In this document: piece by piece, positions 26,972 through 38,900 of the stretch
Position numbering within the stretch: the stretch's first letter is position 1
Layout of the letters: each line of letters begins with the position of its first letter
Origin: Perna viridis
Taxonomy: Eukaryota
NCBI GenBank assembly: GCA_037379345.1
Contig: CM074512.1
Coordinates: 62,021,597-62,085,596 of the forward strand
DNA: 64,000 nt
Direction of reading: 5' to 3'
Made by a program: the position numbers and the translations under genes
Notes under the pieces: generated by a model
Databases searched by the model: none
What the model was told of the DNA's origin: nothing
What the model saw: the letters and a program-made list of their open reading frames with translations, nothing else

Positions 26972-27171
26972 CTGTGAAAGTTCTATTGTTTGTGGGGTAC
27001 CAATGGTCATGGTTTTTGTGGGTAGGACAAACCACTAAATTTAGTTCCCAATGAAAAGGAGAATCCCTTTGATGTTTATACTGAAAACCTCAAAACCACG
27101 AAAATCCACGATATTGTGTTTCTTCCCTTATCCATGAAAACTGGTATCCACGAATTGAAGTACTTTCACAG
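26972..27171. mobile_element. TA-flanked MITE (Tc1/mariner-like)
   Basis: TA|CTGTGAAAGT...ACTTTCACAG|TA; related degenerate copies at about 18715-18908 and 22640-22765. Confidence 0.75.
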
Positions 27172-28280
27172 TATATGATAAATTTATATTATAGATTTTC
27201 AGCTTTTCACAGAAATACATGTAGATAGCAACAAAAGGCTATATCCTTGCTTTAGGTCTGCAGCAATATCATGAAAGTAGTTATAAATTTATATTCAAGT
27301 GTTTTTTTTTAGATAATATTAAAATTCACTAAGTGGTGGAAAGGTTATATTTTTATTTTACTAGGATGACATTTAAAAGGTGTCATAATTCTGTAAAAAC
27401 CATGCCTAGCTTTTTTAAATGTCAATGTCCAGTATAGGGTAAATGCATCTAAGAGATACATTTACATGTTTTCTCATGGGCATGCCATGTACTTTTTAAC
27501 TGTTGACTGAACACCATACAAAGTGCTGCTATGCTGTACAACGATTAGCCTTTTTCTTCAGAGACAAATGTGACAGCATTATAGTGGTGTACAAATGTGC
27601 CAATGGCAATAAATTTTGTTGACCTATGCCCGGGCTAAGCCCAATGTTCATGGAGCCTCAATTAAGCTACTAAGTAGTTTGCTTTTGAAGAGGAAGATTT
27701 TCATGACAGTTTTTTTCACCATCAATAGGGGTTCAAATTTACTTTCAAGAATGGAACGTCCTAAACATTCTTGAATTCTAAATAAGTACATTGGTACACC
27801 CGAAGGAAGTAAAGTATGGTAGGTCCTGGATCTAGCTAGATTCTAGGTAAATGAAATTTCAATGGACCAGAGCTTACTTGAATCACTGATTATTAGCATA
27901 AGAAAACTGCTGGTATATAACCACCTGAGAGCTATTATAATCAAAATCTATCTTCGTGGTGTTTGCGTTTTGTTCTCTTCAGGAACGAGATTGTTTGACG
28001 TATTAGTAAACTGTGAAACGAGGTGTAACTTAATAGAGTCAATACAATTTACAGATTTAACAACGAAACGATTAAATCGAAAACTAATCAAAATTTGTGT
28101 TCCCTGCACACAGCTTTGTTCTGCTTTGTCAACCAACACAGCGGTCGGGGGAAATGGCACTGATACAATGTCATCTTGTATGTTAAACGTCTTTTTTATA
28201 TTTTTGCAATAGGAAATATAAAAACCAAGATTTCTTCAAGACACAGAAAACCTTAATAAAGAAGACTTCGTTTACCTTAC

Positions 28281-28400
28281 CAAAGAATGTATATTATCAA
28301 GTGAAACAGGTAACGAAGCACATATTTCATAAGCAGCTTCACAAACTAGTCAAAGAGAGACAACTGCATATGGTATCAATCAACATCCTTTGCTCCGTTC
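28281..28400 (-). other. Probable non-coding first exon of ENOX
   Basis: Minus-strand donor TTG|GTAAGG at 28281/28280 inside the CpG-richer region; the ATG exon (26438-26323) begins with its own acceptor, so an upstream exon is needed. The 5' limit is approximate. Confidence 0.5.
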
Positions 28401-29248
28401 GAACTTTTCTGTATGCAATTCTTTTTAATCAATGGGTAAATAGGATATACTCTCCATAAATGTTTCATTTTGGAAGGAAAAAGCAAAACAGGAGCCAGAT
28501 TTTCTAGTGATAAAACAGTATACTGTACATCCTATCATATGACCTCGAAAACGGAAAACGGACAAAAAGAGACAGGACAACAAGTCACAGAACACTAAGT
28601 CACTATGATATTTAATTTTCATTTCATAGGACAAAAAGTCACAAAAATATTATCAGACATCACAAAAATCATTCATCTACTTAAAATTGAGTTTTAAAAA
28701 TATTTTAAATTGTTACTGTAATAACATTTAAAGAATGAACAATCTTAAAGCTTTATGTTCGTCGGTTAATTTAGCTCTTAATAAAAAAACACTACCCAAT
28801 CAAGTCTTGTGTATTAAGTATATCGAAATTTATGGATTCAAACAAATACGAAGCTTCTAAATTTTATGTACAACATTTTCTAGAGACACGCAAGTTTTTA
28901 ATTAGCTGTATATACATGATAAAGGGGTTAATTGGTAGGTTTTTCATTCTTTAGATAGTAGTCAATTCATATTCAGCTGAAAGTTTTCGTAAAGAAGAGA
29001 AAAAATATTGACACTTACAACGATTATAAGAAGAAAAACATTTCTGTGTTGAAAACAAATCTTTTTCTTCTCACATTCTGCATATTAAAGAAATACCAAG
29101 ATGATTTATCTAGATAAATATTATCATTGTTTTCAACGAACATGTTAACTTCACTTAGTGTAAAAATTAACTAAGAATGTGATTGGGATTAAGTTCTGTG
29201 TAACAAGGATTTATCTATATTTAACTCCTTATGTGTATAAGTCACTGT

Positions 29249-29377
29249 AGCCCTTTTCACAAAAAAAATCGTATGAGTAAAATTAATCGTAAGTTGTGAC
29301 ATCACAATACTTAACTCTACTATGACATCATAACTTACGACTAATTTTACACTTACGATTTTTTTGTGAAAAGGACT
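29249..29377. mobile_element. Short foldback MITE in the ENOX-CENPI promoter interval
   Basis: ccttttcacaaaaaaaatcgta...gtaaaatta-tcgtaagtt pairs with aacttacgactaattttac...tacgatttttttgtgaaaagg. Confidence 0.75.
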
Positions 29378-29836
29378 TCTGGTTACTAGGATTTTCTGAG
29401 GAAAACATGAGAAAAACTTAAGTATAATAACATCATAACAAGAATGGGTATGGTATGTATGTCAAAAAATGTTCGTCGTGTCTCTGGTTAACAGACAAGT
29501 ACATTCATATGTAAAAACAAGGATTTTTATTGTAGACTACTATAAAAATTCAAGAATCTTGATCATATTTAACGATTTCAGGAAATACTGGCCACAGAGG
29601 GTGAGGTAAATACACGAATAAAAGATGTTTATGGGGTGTTCCTGCATAAGAAGTCTCTAATTATAAAATTGGTGATAATACAGATAGAAAAGAAAGATTT
29701 TGTATTTGAAAAAAAAATAATCCGACCAATTTCGGTTCACTTTGTTGATATTTTTCGTTTCGCAAAATACGCGTTTTTATTAAAATCCGGCATTACTGTC
29801 ACTGACTCAAAAATTATTATGAACTTCTTACTCTTC

Positions 29837-29922
29837 TTCGCGTTTAAAATATTGTTTGTTTGTACTTCGCTTTTAAGAACAATTTGACTCAGATGGGCGG
29901 AAATTTCAATTTTTGTTTTGAA
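29837..29922 (+). promoter_or_regulatory. Cell-cycle promoter motifs (E2F site and CHR-like elements) upstream of CENPI
   Basis: TTCGCG followed by TTTAAA (29837-29848); GGCGGAAA (29896-29903, reverse TTTCCGCC) abutting TTTCAA; TTTGAA (29917-29922). All within 110 bp of the ATG in CpG-retaining DNA. Confidence 0.55.
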
Positions 29923-29944
29923 TAGCAGTCTGATATATTTTAAG

Positions 29945-32900
29945 ATGAGGCAGAGTCGTTCTCCATCTAACTTGAACACATCACAGGGTAGAAAATTCGA
30001 AGATGCAGTGAAATATCTAACGAGTGGTAAAATCAGATCTCTACACTTTTAATGGCAATATATTTGTTTCAGAAGTTCTTTATTATTACATCATGTACAT
30101 GTAACTAGACATGCCAGAGATTGCAGAATATGTACTTGTCAAGGAGTAGTTCTGGCCAGCAAGTATTTCTAGCCAACCAGTTTTTCATTCTCTCCTGTGA
30201 AACAAATTAATGCCCAAATTATAAGAAAAAATATATACAATGTAACAGATTACTGATATTTTGGAATTTTTGCTCACCTAAATGTATTTCCTTGATTGTC
30301 ATTGAGGAAATACATTTAGGTGAGCAGGTTGGCGAGAATTGCTTCTGTCTTGAAAATGGCAACATATACTCTCTGACCAGTACAGAGTATAGTATTAATA
30401 TCCTAAAATCAAATACATAATATTTTTCTCCAATTTTCTCCAATGGAGCCCTGAATATATACTGTAGTACGTGAGCTGAGGTACCCCCCTTGTGTGCACC
30501 CCCCCCCCATCAACCAAAATATGATTTTCAGTACCCATATACCTCCCATTCACATCCTTTTGTTGCCAAAAAATAAACTGAAGCATTTTTTGGCTACTTT
30601 TTATACCTCATTTAGGCAAAAATCAGTTTTTAAAGTTTTTTTTTTATTCTACGAACTTTTTCTTTCTACAGAAAGAAGTAAGCTGACATATGTATGTATC
30701 AACATGTAGCCCAATGTCTCAGTTTCACAATGGTATCTAGAAAGTTGCAGTAACACTAAGGGTTTTGCGATAAAATAAAAAATATGTACCCCCTACCCTG
30801 CCGAAATATTGCTTAAATTGACAAATTTTTCAATGTCAAAACCCCTAGAGTATTAATGATTCAGTAAAAAATAGCTTATTTGATATTTTCTGTTTAGTAT
30901 GATCACAAATTATACTTTTGGGTTTTTTTGATGAATTTTGGCAATTTTTGTAGTCAGAATTTATCAAAAATGCTAAAAATGGGATTTTCGATTATTTGGT
31001 CAAAAGTCACATAAATTGGACTCTACAAGTTTTTACCCGACCAAAACGTCTCAAATTTGATATCATTTGATAAATAATTTAATCGTCTACATAAATGAAC
31101 CACGAAAAACTAATTTTCAAAAAAGGATTTTCCAAAAATGTTAAAAATATTACCCCTACCTCTAGAAAACTGGTCTCAGTGTCAAACTTAATTCTCTTTC
31201 ATAGCGTACTGACATTGTAGAACTCATGTTTTAGGCATTCCTAATTGGAATGATGATGAACCCAAAATTTCTGATCAATTCAGGCCCTTAGATTTTCCTT
31301 TTGGGTGACAATTACTATAACATAGCATAACAATGTTGTTTACCTGTTTGTTGAACTAAAATAGTTATGATTTTAATGTCATTATAAGAACTGATCTTTG
31401 TCTTTATTATCCAAGATGGTTGGCAAGATTGCATGTTTACATTGTGAGAAAAACACATTTTAGTTAGGTGACCTATTAATGACTTTATGGGTACTACATC
31501 ATCAGTTCTCGATAGGGATATGACTTTCTGTATGGAGGGCATGAGAGACATAATTGGAAATTGAAAATAAAGAAAATAAATAACTCAATATCTTTTCATT
31601 GATATTTTATATTTTCAGGGTCCAGTGAATGTTATATTGATTAACTTTAATATGGCTAAAAAATTTTAATCACATCTTATATCTTTTAATTTGCTGTGAT
31701 ATGGTGTTCCAAGCATAGAAGCAAAGATATACAAGGTTATTTGTATTATAAATCTCCCAAAAGTAATAGGCTTTTCATATTATTGCTCTTCTCTTAAAAC
31801 GTCAATAATGTCCTGACATTTTGAACGTTTTCTGGTAAGAAATATTAAGATATGACCAGTACTGAGTACCATACAATTTTTTTACTGACATAGCCATGCC
31901 TATATCCTGACTGCGCATGACTGCTGAATATATGACCTACCACTTGCAATAAAATTTGTTTACATTCAAAATGTGTGTTGGGAGAGGTAGGCACTTAAAA
32001 TATTAACTTTTTAAGTTTAAAAGAAAGGTAAAATAAAGGGGTACTAAAGTTTATTGGTATTATACATACCTTTATATGCAACATAGTGAAATTAAAGCCT
32101 GATAGAAGTGAGGAAATGTTCAATAGGTTAAAATTCTTTGTGAATAGATGAAACGTGCGATTTCTCATTTTATGTCATATTGCCTATGTGCATCGTTATC
32201 GAGAACTCATGACTATCGAGAACAGATGAATGCACGATACCCAAGTCAAATAAACAACATACCCTTGAATAGTCCTTTTTCATATTTATGAAATGTGGGC
32301 CATTTTAGCAAGTATTCCAAAGGGACAAACTCACCAACATATGACAACCTGGTATGCGCAGCTACAAAAAGTCAAATATTTGAAGTCTACTGCTGTTCAT
32401 TGCTCCATTGGACAGTAAACCAGTCTTTTGGATTGGACAGTTACTTCCCTTTACTCAAAATAAAAAAAAAACAAAGTTGGGAATATGTAAAAAGTCTATT
32501 AGACATCAAAGCTCTTGCAGTTGACATTTAGGTGTCTAAAACTTCTTTTTATTCTTAGTGATAGATAATTAAATGTATTTCTCCCTTACATATTTTAATT
32601 TCTTTAACAATACAATCCAACTTGTAATGTTGTAGATTAGATCAAATCAATAAAAATATCCATATGAATGGCTTGCTAATGGACTTATCTATAATCTGTC
32701 TTCCTTTATTAATTATGATGTTCTTGTATTTTTCATAAAATATTTGAAATGAAAAAAAGCAATCCAACTAAGAATTTTCTTTTTTTTTGTAGGAAGAGAA
32801 TCAATTCGTGTCCGAGGTAACATTCAGCTCCAAAATTGCCTTGAGAGTTTAGAGAATACGTCAATTACCAAAGGACTGTCTCCAGAACACATCACAGATT

Positions 32901-35900
32901 TAGTAGATGTAATTGGCACTTGTAAACATGGTAGGTCAACTGCTATGTCTCTTGTCATGTTCACATTTCTGTGAAAAAATGCGTGACCAAATGTTAGATG
33001 AAGGTCTAGATTACTCACAAAGTCAATTATGAGTGGATATACATTTTGTTGAGGTGCAGTTATTTATTTCGAATTTTATTTAGTCAGCTTATGCACTTAT
33101 GAAAACTTATATACAAATGTATTTTGTAAAGAGAGAGAACAATTGACACTGGGAATGTTTAGATCTAAAGCATTCCTGATTATAAATTGATTTGAAGTAA
33201 AGTTGTTTCAATTCTTTACTTATTGTATATCGTTAAATTGTAATATATTGTATATCGTTAAATTGCTGTGATAGTGTTATTCTTCAGTTACATGTATTTG
33301 ATGGAGACCTCTAACTATAGAGTCAAATGACTATGATTTGGTATGTAGTTCTCTGAAAATGTTTGTGGTATAAGGGACCTTTTTTTTTCATACTACATGT
33401 ACATATATAGTGTAAGAACAATATTTACTAGGTTTATTATAAGTACATAAACAAAGTTAATATCCACAGGAACCAACTTCCTGATTTCTCTTATAAAAAA
33501 AAACAAGGAACAGCTCTTTAAATGTTAAAGAAACAAGAAATTTATTCTTTTTTTATTAATCAAGCTAGTGTAATGATGTTGGATTTCTTTTTTCTTGCAG
33601 CTGAGTCAGTTAATACCAAATTGATCAAGTTCCTCATTCCAGAGACGTTTGTTCCTGAGAAGGCAATAATCAGATGTGTGTCCTACATGTGTACTAATAA
33701 ACCATCTACAAATATCCAGGTATAAAATGTGTGTCCTACATGTGTACTAATTGACCATCTATGAATAATTGAAGCTATCATTTTGACAAACCTCAATAAT
33801 CAAAGAGGCTTAAAGCATGTTTTTTTTTTTTTTTAAATCAGTCTGAGTCTAAAAGTTCTTCCATGTTTTAACAAAAACCACAATTTAGCCCATACAACTT
33901 GAACCAAATTATTGTACATATCTGTATTTAATAACTGGTTTCTACATGTAATAATGTCATTATGCTTTGACCAATATACATGTATGTTTCCACACTTTTT
34001 AGATGTTTGATATTAATCAGTCTTAACTCTAAAAAATATAAGTAGGAATAATTTGTATACTGGTACACGTTATACAGGTCGCATGAAAATGTCAAATTAA
34101 ATTCTGTCTTTTGTTAATATTCTTGCTATTTTGAAATGTGTAATAAAGAAAAATGTTGAAAATTGATTCTGAAAGATAAATATGTAACTGAATTTACCAA
34201 CCACCATTACAACTACTGAAAACTAACTTATTTTCGTGAGTGATTTATTTCGCTAATTTTGCAAGCAAGAAAATAATTGTACATATATCATTGCAAATTA
34301 GTCATTTCATTACAAACTACATAATGAAACTGAATGTTAGTTGGTAAAAAATAGTAGCGAAATTGAATTGCTATCCAGAAACAAAGTTGGTTTACTCTAC
34401 AATATAGTTGTATTTTGTAGTGTCTCTTACTACGTTGGATTCTAGTAGTATATGATTATATAGACAGGAAAGATGACATACATAAACTCTATGGTCTTAT
34501 CTTCTACTTCCTGGATAATCAGACTATGGTAAGACTGAGTTACAGTGAAACCTGTCTAAACCAAACTTCTGGGCTTTAAAATTATTCAGTTTAGACAGGT
34601 GTTTGGTTTACCAAGGTTTAAAATACATTTAAACTGATATAAATTACTTTTAAAAGTGTCTGGTTTAGACAGGTTTTCAGATTATTCAGTGTTTGGTTTG
34701 AACAGGTTTCAATATATTTTACTTGTTTAATTGTTTCCCCAAAACATTCTTGTTGACAGCAAAATTGGTAAAATGGATCCATCTCATTTTACATTATCAT
34801 TGTACCTTTAACAAATGCTGTCTTCACATATTGAGATAATCTAGGACAGAGATAGTTATAACTTTTCCCTATTGTTTTAAGTTTAATAAGGCCACACTTA
34901 AAATAATGTGTGTTTCCCCTTACCAGACCTTAGCTCTTGGATTTGGATAGGTATGTAGCGAAAATTTTTTTTTTCCCCAAGTTCATATGAATCACTTAAA
35001 ACCTTGTCCACAACCAAAGAAGTGGAAAATCTTTCCTTGAAAATCATAACAAAAATCTTATCAGAGAATGGCAATAAAATTATTTGGAAAGGGCAAATTT
35101 TTATGGGTAGGGAGATTAGGGGATACAAACTTAACTTTAATTTTGGCCTAATACAGTTGAAAGATTGCAGGGATGTTAAAATGAAGTTACTGTCAACTGA
35201 TATAAGAATTGTTTGAAAAATAGTATAAATACTAACCAACATACATGTACATGTATGTGAAGACAAAAATATAACTTAATTACATATACGACACCACAAA
35301 CCTCATGATATATTCCTGACTAGAATCTATTCTGAGATATTTTTTTCATTTACCCCATTCCATGTGATATATTTTCAGATGCCATATGTTTGCCATTTGT
35401 TATTCTTGTTGACGAGGAAAGAAGATGTGAGACTGTTTAGAGTTAGGAAACTATTGAACCTTCAAGACAAAGTTGTAAGTTTTTAGCAATGATTTGTAAA
35501 ATGATGCAGGTCTAAAGAATGTCAAATAGGATGTCAAGAATGTTGTGTTATATAAACATGGTGTTTTAACAGATGTCTCTATGGGTAGCATTATTATGGT
35601 GGCTTCTTAAAATACATGTTCATCACATATCTTTATATTTTGTATTTGTGAAAAATTAGTATTGAATGGTATTATGGCATCTTTTGTTGATGATTTTAAA
35701 GATGGGGAACTATTCTCTTTTTAAGTTACATCTATTGAAATGCACCCAGCCACCAACAAAATAATTTCTGTATCAACATAATATTTCAGATCAATTAAAA
35801 AGTACCTAGTGAATTCGAGCCATATGAGTTGTGATTGAGAACATTAATCCACAAAACTCCTTGTTATACTTTATTCATGGCATTCATTTTACATTACAGG

Positions 35901-38900
35901 GACAGCAGCCATATTTAACAGGATTGTTATCGATATACAAGTTGTATTACCCAAATCTAGTATCAATGGTCTTACCTAGGAATAAAAAGGTAAAAATATA
36001 TTCTCAAGTCACTGTCTATTGACTTAGAAATTTTACGGTTATTTTTTTTTTATTAAGTCAGTGTAATATAAATAATTTGTTCAAGGTCAATGGTATTTAG
36101 TGTAAAATTCCATTAGCATCACAACATTATTACACTTCCTATTACATATCTGCTTCATGTATATTCCCCTGCAGGTAGGGTGTATTGACTTAGAACTTAT
36201 GAATAACTGCAACCATTTGCAACAGGCTAGACATATTTTTGTGACAACAGTTTATTCTTTATTCTCAGTAATAATTTATGATTACATACATGTACATGTT
36301 AATTTATAGTTCCAAGTTCTGAGCTCAAATAAGACAGCTTCAGCAACCTTCATTTTTGTCTTTTTCAGTTATTTTTCCCAAGTAAGGATAGAAAATGGAA
36401 AGTTATAATAGAAAATGTTCAACAGAATAGACAGAACCAATCCAGTATGGATTCTTCCCTGGCTTCTGAGAGACTACAGTTAGCTGATGCTACACAGATC
36501 AGAGGAGGTCCTGTAAGTAGTGGTAGTAGTATATGCTAGCAAAGCTTGTAAATTTGACAGAGAAGTTAAATTTCGTAAACGCGGTGATGCTGAAAAGCTT
36601 TCTGCCTTTTATTATTGGAACATACAGTGTATAGCTAGTTAAAATAGACCAGTTCCAATTTCAATACAAATTTCAATAGGGTAGTAATTCAAATAGCTCT
36701 TTAGGTAGAAATTTGCCGTACATTATACCAATGTGTCCTACTTAACAACCACTGAACACCTGTGTGATTTTTTGATTTTTGGACACTGTATAATGTAGGG
36801 CAGATTTCTGCCTAGAGCTATTCGAATTACTCACGAGCCTAGCTAGATTTGTATTGAAATTGGAACTGGTCTATTTCAACTAGCTGTAAAAAAATTGCCA
36901 CAAAAATTTACCTAATAAGATTTTTATTGATTAGTCACAAATATCTAATCTCACCTTTGCAACTTTAATTCCTGAAACTTATCATGATGAATTGATACAA
37001 AATGTATATAATTAATATTTAAATAATCTGTATGTGGAAATTGATTCCAGAGGTCTAAGAAAAGAAAGCCAGATCCAGTGCCAATTGTCCATTCCAATGC
37101 CTCTAGTAACACAGGAAATCCTGGGAAGGATACTGTTGAGGACATGTTGTATAGGAATAAACCATTTATTCAGGTCTCTGACCTAAAAGCTCTAATGATG
37201 AGACCTGATTTTGTTGAGGTAGTATTATCTCTTGTCATATATATTTTTAAAAATGTCTATTTTAGGCTAAAAAAATATGCTAGGTTCTCAGGCACCACCA
37301 CATCCCTAAAAACCCTCCTGCATCTGCAATTTTTATTACAGTAAAATCCGAATTTTCATATTCAGTCCAGAATCAACTTTTAATTAGTTAACAGATTCGT
37401 CTGCCCGCTTGACAGAAAGGTAAAAAGTATGATGCGAATGAGGCTGTTATTTAAGATTGATCATTAAAAACAAAAGTATGTCTCATGAGGGAGAGATAGC
37501 TCTTATTTCTTGCCACATCTCATCTGCAAGTAAAGTATTAATGCTATGAAGTATTTCATTTAACTTCTCAACATCCTGAACGTTTACAGAATTGTTCAAT
37601 TGAATGAAATTTCTCGAAAAAAAAGAAAAATAGAAAAAAATAAGCCTCCCTCCCTCATCAATTTTTTTAAAAAGTGAACTGAGAATCTAGGCACCCTCCC
37701 ACATCATTTTTTTTTAATAATGAACTGAGAATCTGGGCACTTTTTTTTGTATGGCCTTACTTATGATTGAAAACTGTATTTTAAGATTAAGCCCCAAACA
37801 TGTTATGAAAAAAGTGACAAATTCATAAATTGCTAAATTTATTAAGTGTGTTATGATAATTACCTGGTCCCATAATTCATTCATTTGAAGAGGAAGCATT
37901 AGTTTTTATCATTATAGGCTTGCATTGCTACCTCATAATGAAAACAGCTTGTATCGCTGTTTATTTCATGTTTACATATATTGTTACTTAATTTTATTTA
38001 TACAGCCACCTAGCCAGATAGGAGCTGTCCTTAGAAGTGAACTGTTACAACATTTCATGTCCTACTCATTTGACCAAGTTACAGTTACAAGGTTATCTTT
38101 CTGGTTACAGGCTATTCTTTATGAAGGTATTTATTATATTTTTATTTTTTATGCCAAAATTTGGTGTTTACCACTTTGATATTGGCATAGACTGTATTTT
38201 TTACAATTTTTGTCATGATACATGTATTAAATCTTATTCCCATTTTCTCCTTTTCTATGTTGCAAACACAAAATGATAAGAAAATTTTACAGTTAATTTC
38301 AAAAACTGTAATATACTTTTATAAATCTGTCAGGCTCAATGGCTATAACCCATTGTCAAGACCAGATTACATGTGAATCAGGGATGACTTTCTTTTGCTA
38401 AAAAGTGGAAATTCACTTATTAAAAACCAGATTTTATCATTACAAATAACACATATTTATGCATACATGTATTTATTTCTGATTTTTGTCGATTTCCGCT
38501 TATTTGCTGGCTTTGGAAAATCATCCCTGCTGTGTATCAGGGATGGTAATTGTAAACAGTAATCATAATCAGCTGTAATTGATTACACATTTATAAGAAA
38601 TCAATTGTAATCAATAATCATTGTAATTTATTATTACATGTAATCAATTATGGGGTGAAAAAAATGTTGTAATTGTGATTACTTTTTTATTACATTAACC
38701 CAAAAAATGTTCTGTAAAACAGATTATTAAGGAGTATTTTCCCTTTTTTCATTATTTATCACTTAACATTTTAATTGATTTTAGCAACTGAAAATTGAGA
38801 TTGACTATTATACATTTTATTTAATAGATAATAGTGATGTTCACTCCAATTAGATTTCTATTCCCTTTTGTCTTGTTTCTTGCTTCTTATTTACCACAGC

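Noticed and set aside
28520-28600. ATG-initiated plus-strand frame as a possible CENPI first exon
   Set aside because: It stops after about 19 codons with no donor; the exon at 29945-30026 has the right phase and promoter motifs.
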